Assembly: GCA_947631285.1 (NCBI GenBank)
Contig: CANRKS010000001.1
Coordinates: forward strand, 1-60,146
Origin: an uncultured Bacilli bacterium
GTDB taxonomy: Bacteria > Bacillota_I > Bacilli_A > RF39 > UBA660
Length of the DNA stretch: 60,146 nucleotides
Direction: 5' to 3'
The notes under the pieces are model-generated. The model saw nothing but the letters and a program-made list of their open reading frames with translations, had not been told where the DNA came from and ran no database searches. Position 1 is the stretch's first letter; each line of letters starts with the position of its first letter. The translations under genes were made by a program, and so were the position numbers. This document shows positions 25,309 to 36,677 of this stretch, in pieces.

Positions 25309-26091
25309 ATGAAGAATATAATTTATAGTATTAAAAAATATAAATTTTTACTTTATGAACTGGTTGCAAGAGATTTTAAAGTTAAATATAAAAGAAGTGT
25401 TTTAGGGGTATTATGGAGTTTACTTTATCCGGTTTTAACGATGACGGTTATGGCTTTAGTTTTCTCTAATATGTTTAGAGTTAGTATGCCTGATGTTAAC
25501 TATTTAGTTTATTTAATGAGTGGGCTTATCATCTTTAACTATTATAGTGAAGCATCTAATTTAGCCATGAGTAGTGTCGTTGGAAACTTTTCTTTAATTA
25601 ATAAAGTATATATTCCGAAATATATTTTTCCCTTATCTAAATGTATTTTTGTTGGCATTAACTTTTTACTTACTTTAATACCTTTATATGCAATTATTTT
25701 GTTAACGGGAACAGGGGTTAATATTCATCATTTACTTTTACCATTTGGTTTTATTTGTTTATTTATGTTTACCGTTGGTATGGGCTTTATCTTAGCTACT
25801 ATATCTGTATTTTTAAGAGATATGTTTTATATCTATGGTGTTATGATTACTTTATGGATGTATGTAACACCGATTATGTATGATTTTGCCATGATACCAG
25901 CTAAATTTCAATTAATATTTAAACTTAATCCCTTATATTGGTATATTTATTTTACACGTGATATTATTTTATATAATCAAGTTCCAAATTTAAATGTTTG
26001 GATATATTGCTTAGGTTCTTCTTTACTATTCTTATTTATAGGAATGTTTATCTTTAAGAAGTATCAAGATAAATTTATTTATTATGTGTGA
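25309..26091 (+). CDS. tagG: ABC-2 type polymer-export permease (TagG/Wzm-like)
   Basis: LVARDFKVKYKRSVLGVLWS N-terminal motif, 6 TM segments, 260 aa. Confidence 0.85.
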   Translation: MKNIIYSIKKYKFLLYELVARDFKVKYKRSVLGVLWSLLYPVLTMTVMALVFSNMFRVSMPDVNYLVYLMSGLIIFNYYSEASNLAMSSVVGNFSLINKVYIPKYIFPLSKCIFVGINFLLTLIPLYAIILLTGTGVNIHHLLLPFGFICLFMFTVGMGFILATISVFLRDMFYIYGVMITLWMYVTPIMYDFAMIPAKFQLIFKLNPLYWYIYFTRDIILYNQVPNLNVWIYCLGSSLLFLFIGMFIFKKYQDKFIYYV

Positions 26092-26098
26092 GGTTATT

Positions 26099-26869
26099 AT
26101 GGATAAAGATATAATGATAAAAGTTAAGGATGTTTCAATGCGTTTTAATTTAGGTATTGATAAAGGCTTTTCGCTTAAGCAGGGTTTTGTTAATTTATTA
26201 GATCCTAAAATGCGCAAAAAACATAAAGAAGAAAAAAAGAAAAATGATTTTTGGGCCTTAAAAGATGTTAATTTTAATGTGCAAAAGGGAGAAGTAGTAG
26301 GATTCATTGGGAGTAATGGCGCTGGGAAATCAACTCTTTTAAAAGTAGTGGCGGGAGTTATGAAACCCACAAAGGGAAAAGTAGAAGCCTATGGTACAAT
26401 TTGTCCCATGATTGAACTAGGGGCTGGTTTTGATATGGATTTAACAGCCAGGGAAAATATTTATTTAAATGGGGCGGTAATGGGTTATTCCAAACAATTT
26501 TTAGATGAAAAATTTAATGAAATTGTTGAATTTTCTGAGTTAAAAGATTTCCTTGATGTTCCAGTTAAAAACTTTTCATCAGGAATGATTGCTCGTCTCG
26601 CTTTTAGTGTCGCAACCCTCGTCGAGCCAGAAATTTTAATCGTGGATGAAATCTTATCTGTTGGTGATTTGGCTTTTCAAGCTAAAAGTGAAGCTAAAAT
26701 GTTAAATATGATCACGGGTGGAACAACGGTTTTATATGTGTCCCATTCGCTTGAATCAATTAGAAAATTATGTGATAAAGTAATATGGATAGAACATGGT
26801 GTTATTAAAGCTATTGGGGGAAAAGAAGTGTGTGATAAATACGCGGAATATATAAATAAAAACATTTAG
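26099..26869 (+). CDS. tagH: ABC polymer-export ATP-binding protein (TagH/Wzt-like)
   Basis: Walker A GSNGAGKST, signature FSSGM, Walker B ILIVDE, H-loop VSHS. I prefer the ATG at 26099 because it follows GAGG. Confidence 0.85.
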   Translation: MDKDIMIKVKDVSMRFNLGIDKGFSLKQGFVNLLDPKMRKKHKEEKKKNDFWALKDVNFNVQKGEVVGFIGSNGAGKSTLLKVVAGVMKPTKGKVEAYGTICPMIELGAGFDMDLTARENIYLNGAVMGYSKQFLDEKFNEIVEFSELKDFLDVPVKNFSSGMIARLAFSVATLVEPEILIVDEILSVGDLAFQAKSEAKMLNMITGGTTVLYVSHSLESIRKLCDKVIWIEHGVIKAIGGKEVCDKYAEYINKNI

Positions 26870-26890
26870 CAAAATTTATGAGGTGGAGTT

Positions 26891-27928
26891 ATGCAAAAAA
26901 TATTAACAATTTTAATTCCTGTTTATAATACAGAAAAATATATTAAAAGATGTCTAGATAGTGTTTTATTGAAAGATGTTTTAGAGCAAATAGAAATTTT
27001 AGTTGTAAGTGATGGGAGTGGTGATTCTTCCGTTTCTATTATAAAAGAATATCAACAAAAATATAAAAGGACACTTAGATTAATTGAAAAAGATAATGGG
27101 GGACATGGCTCTACAATAAACGTTGGCATAAAGGAAGCTAAAGGTAAATATTTCAAAGTATTAGATAGTGATGATTGGTTTAATTGTAACGATTTTAAAA
27201 AATTTGTTGAGCGCCTTTCTCAAGAAGATGCTGATTTAGTTGTAACTAACTATAGACAAGAGCACGTCTATAATGAAAAATCAATTTTAAATGAATACAA
27301 TGGATTAGAAGAAGGGAAACTTTATAATTTTGATTCCGTTGATTTAAAGAAGTTAAAAGGTGAATATTTTGTTATGGCAACATCAACATATAAATTAGAA
27401 GTTTTAAAGAAATCTAATTTACATTTATTAGAGAAAACCTTTTATGTTGATATGCAATATAATATTGAACCCATTATTAATGTTAAAAATTTTATTTATT
27501 ATAACTTAGATATATATAGATATTATATAGGTCGTCCAGAACAGAGTGTTAATGTAGCCTCATTTGTCAAGAATCAAGATTCTCATAAAAGAGTAGTTAA
27601 ATATTTAATTGCATATTATAACAAGCATCAAGAAGAATATTCTAAAGTAAAAAAAGAATATATTGAAACTATTTTAATATATATGTTAAATACTCATTAT
27701 ACAATATACTGTGAATATGAAACAAACTATTGTAATGCTTATCAAGAAATTAAAGAATTTGATAAATATTTAAAAAATGAATCGCAATTTTTATATGAAA
27801 AGTTAAATGCATTTGGATATATTAGGTATTATCGCAAAAACAAGTTTATTTTTATAAGATATTTTAATAAACTATACAAAAAAATATATACTTTATTTGT
27901 AAAAATCAAAAGAAAATTAGGAGTATAA
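26891..27928 (+). CDS. family-2 glycosyltransferase
   Basis: [54 protein letters not shown]. Paralogous to the C-terminal domain of 32386..35082. Confidence 0.8.
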   Translation: MQKILTILIPVYNTEKYIKRCLDSVLLKDVLEQIEILVVSDGSGDSSVSIIKEYQQKYKRTLRLIEKDNGGHGSTINVGIKEAKGKYFKVLDSDDWFNCNDFKKFVERLSQEDADLVVTNYRQEHVYNEKSILNEYNGLEEGKLYNFDSVDLKKLKGEYFVMATSTYKLEVLKKSNLHLLEKTFYVDMQYNIEPIINVKNFIYYNLDIYRYYIGRPEQSVNVASFVKNQDSHKRVVKYLIAYYNKHQEEYSKVKKEYIETILIYMLNTHYTIYCEYETNYCNAYQEIKEFDKYLKNESQFLYEKLNAFGYIRYYRKNKFIFIRYFNKLYKKIYTLFVKIKRKLGV

Positions 27929-27932
27929 AATT

Positions 27933-29213
27933 ATGAAAAGAATATTAGTAATTAGTTGGTATTTTCCACCCATTAATTCATCAGAAGGATTAGTAACTTA
28001 TAAATTGTTAAATAATTCCAAATATGAATATGATGTCTTTATGCAAAACAATAATGAATTATGGTCTTATGGTAAAGATGAAGCTCTAAATATAAATAAA
28101 AATATAAATAAAATTATATCAAAAGCTAAAGAAATAAATGATTTTTATAATGATGCCATTAATTATTTTAAAATTAATCAAGACAAATATGATATAGTTA
28201 TGACTCGTTCTATGCCAGAAGTTTCTCATAAAATAGGTTTGGAAATCAAAAAAATTAAAAAAGATATTATTTGGTTAGCCTCTTTTGGTGATCCAATTGC
28301 CAACAATCCATTTTCTATAAAAAATTTGCAAATTGAAAATCCTTATAAAGCAAGGTTATCTAATTTTTTATCTCTAAAAAGATTTTTAAAATCATTGATT
28401 CATCAAAGAAGATGTCGAATTAGTTATAAATTATTAATAAAAAATAATAATAAGTTACAAGAGAAAATTTTGAATAAATGTGATTACTTTATATGTAATA
28501 ATACTTATGAAAAAGATTATATGTTAAAAGATTATAGTAATAAAGAAAATCTAAATAAAAAAGCCATAATAATACCTCATAGTTTCGATGAAAGTATGTA
28601 TACTAAAGGAAAGAAAGAAACATCTAAAAAAATAATTTTTAATTATATTGGTCATTTAGATGATATAAGAACGCCCCATTTGTTATTAGAGGCCATAAAA
28701 AAATTAGCTGATAATGATCCTAATTTAAAAAACAAAATGGAATTAAATTTTTATGGTAATGTAAGTGATAAAGAAAAATTATATATTATAGATAATGATT
28801 TACTGGAAATAGTTAAATTTAAAAAAAATGTTAGTTATTTAAAGAGTTTAGAAATAATGAAACAAACTGATTGGTTAGTTCATATTGATGCTAATTTAGC
28901 AGATATTATTTCGGAAAATATTTTCTTCGCGGCTAAGTTAGTGGATTATATGGGATCTAAATCAAAAATATTGGCTATTACAATGTTAAATGGTATTAGT
29001 GCGGATATTTTAAAAAATTATAATGCTTTATGTGTAGAACATAGTTGTGAAGAAATATATAATTATTTATTTTTAATTTTGGATGAAAATTATTCTAAAG
29101 AGCCTAATACAGAATATGCTTCTAAATATTCAGCGCCGAATGTTGCCGCTGATTTTGATAAAAAAATTAGTAAAATAATAAAAGAAAGAATGGTGAATTA
29201 TGATAAAAGTTAA
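27933..29213 (+). CDS. putative GT-B fold glycosyltransferase
   Basis: MKRILVISWYFPPINSSEG N-terminus and a Rossmann-like C-terminal half. No TagF-type motifs seen. Confidence 0.4.
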   Translation: MKRILVISWYFPPINSSEGLVTYKLLNNSKYEYDVFMQNNNELWSYGKDEALNINKNINKIISKAKEINDFYNDAINYFKINQDKYDIVMTRSMPEVSHKIGLEIKKIKKDIIWLASFGDPIANNPFSIKNLQIENPYKARLSNFLSLKRFLKSLIHQRRCRISYKLLIKNNNKLQEKILNKCDYFICNNTYEKDYMLKDYSNKENLNKKAIIIPHSFDESMYTKGKKETSKKIIFNYIGHLDDIRTPHLLLEAIKKLADNDPNLKNKMELNFYGNVSDKEKLYIIDNDLLEIVKFKKNVSYLKSLEIMKQTDWLVHIDANLADIISENIFFAAKLVDYMGSKSKILAITMLNGISADILKNYNALCVEHSCEEIYNYLFLILDENYSKEPNTEYASKYSAPNVAADFDKKISKIIKERMVNYDKS

Positions 29214-30465
29214 AAATCTCATAATTGGAGCTGGTATATCAGGTTTAACATATGCCAATTATATCAATGACGATTATTTAATTATTGAAAAAGAAGATAG
29301 TGCCGGTGGTTATTGTAAAACTATTATAGAAGGAGATTATATTTGGGATTATGCTGGTCATTTTTTTCATTTCAAAGAAGAAGAGTTTAAGAAAAAATTT
29401 ATTGATAGCTTAGATGCATCACAATATGTTACTAAAGATAAAAAAACTTATATTTATTACAACAATTCATTAATTGATTATCCTTTTCAAATGAATATTC
29501 ATGAACTGCCAAAAGAAGAATTTATTGCTTGTTTATATGATTTATTTAATAAAAAAGAGAAGGAAAAATATGATAATTTCCTTGATATGTTATATGGCAA
29601 ATTTGGTGCTTCTATCGTAGAAAAATTCTTAAAGCCATACAATGAAAAATTATATGCCTGTGATTTAAAAAAATTAGATGTTGACGCTATGGGAAGATTT
29701 TTTCCTTATGCGGATTTAAAAGCAATTATTGAAAATATGAAAAATGGTTCATCTAAATCTTATAATGATACCTTTTTGTATCCTAAAAAAGGTGCTCAAG
29801 TAATAATTGATATACTACTGACTAAGATTCCTAAAGAAAAAATAAAATTAAATGCTTTTGTTAAAAGCATTGATTTAAAGAATAAAACTGTTGTTTTAAA
29901 TGATGGAGAAAAAATAGAATATGAAAGATTAATAAATACTATTCCTTTTAATCAATTTTTAAAGTTAACAAATAATAAAGAATATAGTGATTTAAGTGAT
30001 AAACTTACTTATAATCAAGTTTTGGTATTTAATTTAGGATTTGATAAAAAGTCTAGTTTTAATAAAGAAAGCTGGATTTATTTTCCTGATAAGGACATCA
30101 ATTTTTATCGAGTAGGTTTTTATGATAATATTTTAAATGGTGAAAAACTTAGTATGTACATAGAAATTGGTTATGCTAAAGATTATCAAATTACTAAAGA
30201 AGAAATAAAAAGACAATTAGATTTAACACTAAGCAATTTAAAAAAGGTTGGTATAACTGATGATAGTTTTAATTTAAAAGCTGAAATGAGTATTGTTATG
30301 AATCCGGCTTATGTTCATATTGATACTAAAAATAATTTAAAAATAAAAGAGATTATGGCTATTTTAGCTCAAAATAATGTTTATAGTATTGGTAGATATG
30401 GTGGTTGGACTTATTGTTCGATGGAAGACTGTATGTTAGAAGCTAAAAATTTAGCTCAAAAATAA
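29200..30465 (+). CDS. FAD-dependent enzyme, UDP-galactopyranose-mutase-like
   Basis: Dinucleotide fold LIIGAGISGLTYANY..IIEKEDSAGG, then YAGHFFHF and PYNEKLYA. 421 aa. Confidence 0.5.
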   Translation: MIKVKNLIIGAGISGLTYANYINDDYLIIEKEDSAGGYCKTIIEGDYIWDYAGHFFHFKEEEFKKKFIDSLDASQYVTKDKKTYIYYNNSLIDYPFQMNIHELPKEEFIACLYDLFNKKEKEKYDNFLDMLYGKFGASIVEKFLKPYNEKLYACDLKKLDVDAMGRFFPYADLKAIIENMKNGSSKSYNDTFLYPKKGAQVIIDILLTKIPKEKIKLNAFVKSIDLKNKTVVLNDGEKIEYERLINTIPFNQFLKLTNNKEYSDLSDKLTYNQVLVFNLGFDKKSSFNKESWIYFPDKDINFYRVGFYDNILNGEKLSMYIEIGYAKDYQITKEEIKRQLDLTLSNLKKVGITDDSFNLKAEMSIVMNPAYVHIDTKNNLKIKEIMAILAQNNVYSIGRYGGWTYCSMEDCMLEAKNLAQK

Positions 30466-30478
30466 AGAAAGGATTAAA

Positions 30479-32269
30479 ATGAAACTTGATATAAAGAAAA
30501 TATTACTAGTAATTTATAGCTTTTTAGCAGTTTTAGGATTACAGTTCTTTATAAGAATTAGTACAAATGGATATACAGAATTTATATTTATTTTTGTCTT
30601 GGCATTATATTGTTATTACTTAAGTAAGCAAAATTATGATAAATCTCAAAAACGACTTTATATTTTTAGTGGAATTATTACTTTAATTTTAGCGATATTT
30701 TTGATTATTGGTAAAATGTTAGATTTGTACTCAACACTGTTTTATACCCTTGGGACTTTTTTAAAAATTATTCTTTTAAGTTTATTTTTGTTTCCTTTAA
30801 TTGTAAAATTTATAAGAATAGTGGAAAAGTTTAACTATTCCAAAATTAAAGCTCCTTTTAAAAATAAAAAATTCTTAAATTTAAAAATATTTATCGCTTT
30901 ATTAATTACTTCAATTATTATTTATTTAGCGATGTATCCTGGCATTTTTGGCTATGATGCAGGCTATCAAATTTATGAATTTATGTTTAAAGATGTACCC
31001 ATTGGTAATCGTTTTTCACCACTTTTATCATATGTTATGTATACATGTGTTATGCTGGGGAAAAATTTATTTAATTCTTATGAAATGGGTTTTGGATTTT
31101 TTATTTTAGGCCAAATTTTGTTTTTAGACCTTGTTTGTAGTTATTTGCTAACTTACATTTATAAAAAGACCGAAAATAAATATTTAACTTTAATTTTAAC
31201 CTTTTTCTTTATGTTTTTTCCACCCCATTTAATAATGCAAATTTCTTCTAATCCTGATGCTCCCTTTACTGGTTTCATGCTTTTATTTTTAATAAAGTTA
31301 ATGCAAATAGTAAATGATAAAGAAGATAAATTAATAAATTATTTTGTTTTAGGTATATCTTTATTTATGGCCTTTTTAATGAGAAATAATGGAATATATG
31401 TTATGGTATTTTTAATCCCTTGTCTTTTAATTTTCTTCTTTAAGTATAAAAAATTAATTTTAACTCTTTTTGTAAGTCTTGTTTTATACTGTGGTTATTC
31501 CTATATGCTTCCATCATTGGGAGTTGAAAAAGAAAATCTTATTAGAGAAATGTTAGGAATTCCTTCTCAACAAATAGCTAGAGCAGTTTTATATAATGAG
31601 GCATCTTTAAATACAAAAGATTTAGACAAGGTAAATAAGTTTTATCCTAATTATAATTTCTCTGATTATAATTATCGTTTATCAATTTCTGATCCCATAA
31701 GAGGTCAAATTGATGCTGTTTATACTAAAGAACATTTTATTGATTATTTAAAAATGTATTTAACCATTGGTCTAAAGGCTCCGCAAGAATATATTGATGC
31801 TTTTTTACTTAACACATTAGGCATTTGGTATCCTGACAAATTTTATAATGATTCAAGAATGTATCATCCATATTTAGAACTTGATATGTTAGATTCAAAA
31901 ATTTATAATGAAAGATATATTGTAATAGAAAGAAATTCTCAAATTCCTTTTGTTAAAGATTTAATATATAAAGTAATGGATGATGGCGGTTGGCAAAAAA
32001 AGATTAGTGGGGTAGGAATTTTAAGTTTATTTAATTTTGGCTTTTATTTTCTAATGTTGTTGTTTATTTTAATGTATTCATTTTATAAAAAGAATAAAAT
32101 GGTTATTTTGCCTTTAATATTTATGATTGGTTATACTTTAACCATTGTAGTTTCACCAGCAATACTATTTAGATATGTATATCCCGTTGTAATATCTAGT
32201 CCTTTATTTATAATAATGATTTTAGAATTAAATAAAAATAATAATAGAAATAAAGAAAAGAATGAATAA
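30479..32269 (+). CDS. large polytopic membrane protein (GT-C-like / DUF6020-like), unknown function
   Basis: 596 aa with >=12 hydrophobic helices and a ~170-aa soluble loop before the last helices. Confidence 0.4.
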   Translation: MKLDIKKILLVIYSFLAVLGLQFFIRISTNGYTEFIFIFVLALYCYYLSKQNYDKSQKRLYIFSGIITLILAIFLIIGKMLDLYSTLFYTLGTFLKIILLSLFLFPLIVKFIRIVEKFNYSKIKAPFKNKKFLNLKIFIALLITSIIIYLAMYPGIFGYDAGYQIYEFMFKDVPIGNRFSPLLSYVMYTCVMLGKNLFNSYEMGFGFFILGQILFLDLVCSYLLTYIYKKTENKYLTLILTFFFMFFPPHLIMQISSNPDAPFTGFMLLFLIKLMQIVNDKEDKLINYFVLGISLFMAFLMRNNGIYVMVFLIPCLLIFFFKYKKLILTLFVSLVLYCGYSYMLPSLGVEKENLIREMLGIPSQQIARAVLYNEASLNTKDLDKVNKFYPNYNFSDYNYRLSISDPIRGQIDAVYTKEHFIDYLKMYLTIGLKAPQEYIDAFLLNTLGIWYPDKFYNDSRMYHPYLELDMLDSKIYNERYIVIERNSQIPFVKDLIYKVMDDGGWQKKISGVGILSLFNFGFYFLMLLFILMYSFYKKNKMVILPLIFMIGYTLTIVVSPAILFRYVYPVVISSPLFIIMILELNKNNNRNKEKNE

Positions 32270-32302
32270 ATATCTTTTGAAAAACGTTTTTTCAAAAGAT
32301 AT
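32270..32302. terminator. perfect 15-bp hairpin (3-nt loop) splitting the glycopolymer locus
   Basis: ATATCTTTTGAAAAA-CGT-TTTTTCAAAAGATAT immediately after the stop codon. No clean T run follows. Confidence 0.5.
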
Positions 32303-32311
32303 GGGTATTTC

Positions 32312-32341
32312 TTGCTTTTCTAAAGAGATATAGGTTATAAT
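32312..32341 (+). promoter_or_regulatory. candidate sigma-A promoter for 32386-39076
   Basis: TTGCTT (32312-32317), 18 nt, TATAAT (32336-32341). Confidence 0.5.
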
Positions 32342-32385
32342 CTAATTAGTTAGTAGATTAATTTAATAATTAAGGAGTATAAATA

Positions 32386-35082
32386 ATGAAGTATATTATA
32401 AAATGTCACGAATGGATTATTAATGATAATAGAACAAAAGTAGAAACTAGTGGTAATCAAATATCAATTCAAAATACTAGTAATGAAAAAATAACTTTTA
32501 AATGTTCGCAAAAAATTAAAATTACTAATGCTAATTTAGAAAAATGTTCTATTAAAGTATTAGGAGAATGTTTTAATAGTGGAGGCTTTATCACTATAAA
32601 TGAACTGTGTAGTATTCCTATTGATAGTGAATGTGTTATGCCTATTAAAAGTGAAACTACAATGAACGTAACCTTGACAATTGCGGCCAATAGCAAAATA
32701 ATCTTAAAAGATGTTATAATTGATGTTTCTTCTGTTCCTAATTTAGTAGAAGAATTAGATAAAGAGGCAAATGTTTTAATAATTGTGCCTGATTATCCTA
32801 GTTATGTTAATTTATATAGTTGTGCTTTTGCTCATTCTAGAAATAAAGAGTATTTAAAAAAAGGACTTAAAATTCAAGTTTTTGCCACTAATGATGGTAG
32901 TTGGTATCAAGTCAAATATGATAAAGGAAATGTGCCAGTATTAAAAGGAACTTATCAAGATTTAAAAGAAATATTAGCTAAGCATCAATACCAAGTTATT
33001 GTAACCCATTTTGTGGATGAATATTTCTTTTCTATTTTTGATGGTAATATTTATGATAATCAAAAGTTGATTTTCATATGTCATGGTCCGGAAACAATTT
33101 ATCGGTTTTTAACTAATAGAATAAGGCCTTATTTTACGGCTCCTTTAAAAGAACCTATTCAAAATGAGACTTTTGATTTAAAAGATTTTTTTGTTAAAAA
33201 ATATGCTCAAAAAGATAATGTAGAGTGGGTATTTGTATCATCTTGGTTAAAAGAAATTTCGGAAAAAGAACAAAATATTGTTTTTAAACATGCAAGAGTT
33301 ATTAACAATATTATTGATGAAGACTTATTTCCTTATGTAAAGAAAAATATTGATGATCGTAAAAAAATTTTAGTCGTTCGAAAATTTGATAATATATCGC
33401 AACATTCAATTGATCAAGTTGTTTTAACTATTTTAGAATTATCAAGAAGAAGTATTTTTAAGGATTTAGAATTTGATATTTATGGTGATGGTGATTACTA
33501 TGATGAACTTGTTGAACCAATTAAGAATTTTGCTAATGTTCATTTATATAAAAGATTTGTTCCTAATGAAGAATTAAAAGATGTTTATCAAAGTCATGGT
33601 ATTATGCTTATTCCTTCTCGTCATGATACTCAAGGCGTATCTATGTGTGAAGCTGCCTCATCAGGTTGTGTTCCTGTAGGAACTAATACAACAGCTGTTC
33701 CTTATTTCATGAATGAAGAGGAAAATCATACTTTAGCTTCTTATGAAGATTATGTTGGTCTAGCAGATATTATTGAAAGATTATATAATAATCCAGAAGA
33801 ATTTTTGAAAATTAGTGCTAATATGGCTCAATTTATGAAAAATTTTAATAAAGAAAATACAGTATTTAAAGAAATTGAATTAATTAAAGAATCTTTACAA
33901 GAATATAAAAATAAAGAAGAATTCAAAACTTTAAAGCCAGCAAAGAAGCCAATTCTTACAATAGGGATTCCGGCTTATAATGTATCTAAATATATTGCTA
34001 AATGTTTAATATCTATTTTAAATGCTTATAATAGTGATAAAATAGAAATATTAGTTATTAATGATGGTTCAACTGATGATACTGTTAAAATAGTTAAAAA
34101 ATATGAGAAGAAAGCAAATGGTATTGTTAGATTAATCAATAAAGAAAATGGTGGTCATGGTTCGACAATAAACAGAGCGATAAAAGAAGCCACTGGCAAA
34201 TATTTTAGATTAATTGATGGTGATGATTGGGTTGATTCTAATAATCTAGCTAAATTAATTGAAATTATGGAAAAAGAAGATAGTGATATTATTTTAACTA
34301 AAGGCAGTTATGATTATGTAGAGGAAGCTTTATTTGAAGACATTATTAAATATGATAGTTTAAAAGAAGGGTATCAGTATAATTTTGAAGATTTGGTTTA
34401 TGATAATTATGGGTTTAGTACTTATGGTCCTTTACTTACAACAGGCAATTATAAAACGGAATTATTAAGGAAAACGGGATTTACAATAACGGAAAAGAAA
34501 CCGTATGTTGATATGGAATTTAATTCCTTTAGTATTAAATTAGTTAAAACATTAACTTATTATAATTTAGATATTTATCGTTATTTAATTGGGCGAGTAG
34601 GTCAAACAATATCACCAGAATATTGGAAAGGCAAATATAAAGATCATGAATATATTATCTTTAATATTTTAGATAAAGTATATAATGATTCTGGTTATTC
34701 CCCTTTAAAAAGAATGTATGTATTAAAAAATATTATTTCTTCAATGGTTGATTCTCAAATATTTATGTATGATACTATTTGTAAATGGGAAGAAATAGAT
34801 GAATTTTTGGCTAAATTAAAAAAATATCCTGAAGCTTATGATTATAGTATGAAATTCATTGAAAAAAAAGATGGTAATTGTCGGTTAATTTTGCATTATT
34901 ATAAAAATTGGTTAAGATTGCATCGTAAAACTCCAATTATTATTCCGGAAAAAAGGGAAAAATTAAGTGATGTCAAAGAAGAACCAGTTAAAAGAAGTTT
35001 TAAAGGTCAAATAAAAAGAGTTATTAAAGCTATTATGCCATATGGTTTATTGGTATTTATAAGAAGATGGCGGGAAAAATAA
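32386..35082 (+). CDS. three-part glycosyltransferase: N-terminal beta-rich module + GT4 domain + GT2 domain
   Basis: 898 aa. GT4: [29 protein letters not shown]2: [55 protein letters not shown]. Confidence 0.75.
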   Translation: MKYIIKCHEWIINDNRTKVETSGNQISIQNTSNEKITFKCSQKIKITNANLEKCSIKVLGECFNSGGFITINELCSIPIDSECVMPIKSETTMNVTLTIAANSKIILKDVIIDVSSVPNLVEELDKEANVLIIVPDYPSYVNLYSCAFAHSRNKEYLKKGLKIQVFATNDGSWYQVKYDKGNVPVLKGTYQDLKEILAKHQYQVIVTHFVDEYFFSIFDGNIYDNQKLIFICHGPETIYRFLTNRIRPYFTAPLKEPIQNETFDLKDFFVKKYAQKDNVEWVFVSSWLKEISEKEQNIVFKHARVINNIIDEDLFPYVKKNIDDRKKILVVRKFDNISQHSIDQVVLTILELSRRSIFKDLEFDIYGDGDYYDELVEPIKNFANVHLYKRFVPNEELKDVYQSHGIMLIPSRHDTQGVSMCEAASSGCVPVGTNTTAVPYFMNEEENHTLASYEDYVGLADIIERLYNNPEEFLKISANMAQFMKNFNKENTVFKEIELIKESLQEYKNKEEFKTLKPAKKPILTIGIPAYNVSKYIAKCLISILNAYNSDKIEILVINDGSTDDTVKIVKKYEKKANGIVRLINKENGGHGSTINRAIKEATGKYFRLIDGDDWVDSNNLAKLIEIMEKEDSDIILTKGSYDYVEEALFEDIIKYDSLKEGYQYNFEDLVYDNYGFSTYGPLLTTGNYKTELLRKTGFTITEKKPYVDMEFNSFSIKLVKTLTYYNLDIYRYLIGRVGQTISPEYWKGKYKDHEYIIFNILDKVYNDSGYSPLKRMYVLKNIISSMVDSQIFMYDTICKWEEIDEFLAKLKKYPEAYDYSMKFIEKKDGNCRLILHYYKNWLRLHRKTPIIIPEKREKLSDVKEEPVKRSFKGQIKRVIKAIMPYGLLVFIRRWREK

Positions 35083-35104
35083 TAATATAATTAAGGAGAT
35101 TAAG

Positions 35105-36664
35105 ATGAAAAAGAAAGTGATAATTATTGGGGCAGGTCCCGCTGGTTTAACGGCCGGATATACGCTTCTTAAAAAAAGTAAAGATTATGATGTAACTATT
35201 TTAGAAGAAACCAAAGAAATTGGTGGTATTTCGAGAACAGTTAAATATAAGGGAAACCGAATGGATATTGGTGGGCATCGCTTTTTCTCTAAAGATGATG
35301 ATGTTATTAAATTTTGGGAAGAAGTAATGCCAACGCAAGGTAAACCTTCTTATGATGATAAAAAATTAAAGAGAAGTAAAAATTTAGCGAAGAAAGGTCC
35401 TGATCCCGAAAAAGAAGATCGTGTAATGTTAGTTCGAAATCGGGTATCTAGAATTTATTATTTAAAGAAATTTTTTGATTATCCGATTAGTATGAAATGG
35501 CAAACATTTAAAAATATGGGATTTCTTAGAACTTTTGAAGCTGGTTGTAGTTATTTAAAATCAACGGTTATTAAAAAAGAAGAAGACTCTTTAGAAAATT
35601 TTTATATTAATCGGTTTGGTAAAAAATTATATAGTATGTTTTTTGAAAAATATACCGAAAAATTATGGGGAAGACATCCTTCACAAATATCAGCTGACTG
35701 GGGTAGTCAACGGGTAAAAGGTTTATCAATTTCTGCCGTCATTAAAGATATGTTTAAAAAGTTTTTCCACCTTAATAGTAAGGAAGTGGAAACTTCTTTA
35801 ATTGAAGAATTTAAATATCCTAAATATGGTCCTGGTGAATTATGGGAAATGGTAGCCAAAGATTTTGCAAAAATGGGAGGTCATCTTCTAAAAGATCATA
35901 AAGTTATCAAAATTAACCAAAAGAATAATCAAATTAATTATTTAATTTGTGATGTCTTAGGAAAAGAAGAAAAAATAGAAGGCGATATATTTATTTCTAG
36001 TATGCCTTTAAAAGATTTAATTGAAGGATTAAATGATGTGCCTAAAGATATCTATAAAATTGCCACCGGTCTTCCTTATAGAGATTTTGTTACAGTAGGA
36101 CTTTTAGTTAAAAAGTTAAATTTAAAAAATGAAACTAATATTAAAACAATCAATAATATTGTTCCTGATTGTTGGATATATGTGCAAGAACCAGATGTTA
36201 AATTAGGTAGAATTCAAATCTTTAATAATTGGAGTCCTTATATGGTTAAAGATATTAATAAAACGGTTTGGATTGGCTTAGAGTATTTCTGTAATGAAGG
36301 CGATGAATTTTGGAACTTAAGTGATAAAAAATGTATTGATTTTGCTAAGGATGAATTAATTAAAATGGGTATAATTACGGAAGCTGATGTGTTAGATTTT
36401 CATCGTGAAAAAGTAAAAAAAGCTTATCCTGCTTATTTTGATACCTATAAAGATATTAATGAATTAATTCGTTATTTAAATAAAATTAATAATCTTTATT
36501 GCGTTGGTAGAAATGGTCAACATCGTTATAATAATATGGATCATTCAATGGTAACTTCTTTTGAAACAGTTAATAATATTTTAAATAATGTTAAAAATAA
36601 AGATAATATTTGGAATGTTAATACAGAAAAAGAATTCCATGAAGAGAAAAAAGTAACGGAATAA
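35105..36664 (+). CDS. NAD(P)/FAD-dependent oxidoreductase, Glf/amine-oxidase-like
   Basis: [42 protein letters not shown]. 519 aa. Confidence 0.55.
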   Translation: MKKKVIIIGAGPAGLTAGYTLLKKSKDYDVTILEETKEIGGISRTVKYKGNRMDIGGHRFFSKDDDVIKFWEEVMPTQGKPSYDDKKLKRSKNLAKKGPDPEKEDRVMLVRNRVSRIYYLKKFFDYPISMKWQTFKNMGFLRTFEAGCSYLKSTVIKKEEDSLENFYINRFGKKLYSMFFEKYTEKLWGRHPSQISADWGSQRVKGLSISAVIKDMFKKFFHLNSKEVETSLIEEFKYPKYGPGELWEMVAKDFAKMGGHLLKDHKVIKINQKNNQINYLICDVLGKEEKIEGDIFISSMPLKDLIEGLNDVPKDIYKIATGLPYRDFVTVGLLVKKLNLKNETNIKTINNIVPDCWIYVQEPDVKLGRIQIFNNWSPYMVKDINKTVWIGLEYFCNEGDEFWNLSDKKCIDFAKDELIKMGIITEADVLDFHREKVKKAYPAYFDTYKDINELIRYLNKINNLYCVGRNGQHRYNNMDHSMVTSFETVNNILNNVKNKDNIWNVNTEKEFHEEKKVTE

Positions 36665-36677
36665 ATTAAGGTATAAG

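Noticed and set aside
26032-26865. Antisense ORFs 26032..26370 and 26677..26865.
   Set aside because: They lie opposite tagG and tagH, whose Walker and signature motifs are unambiguous.
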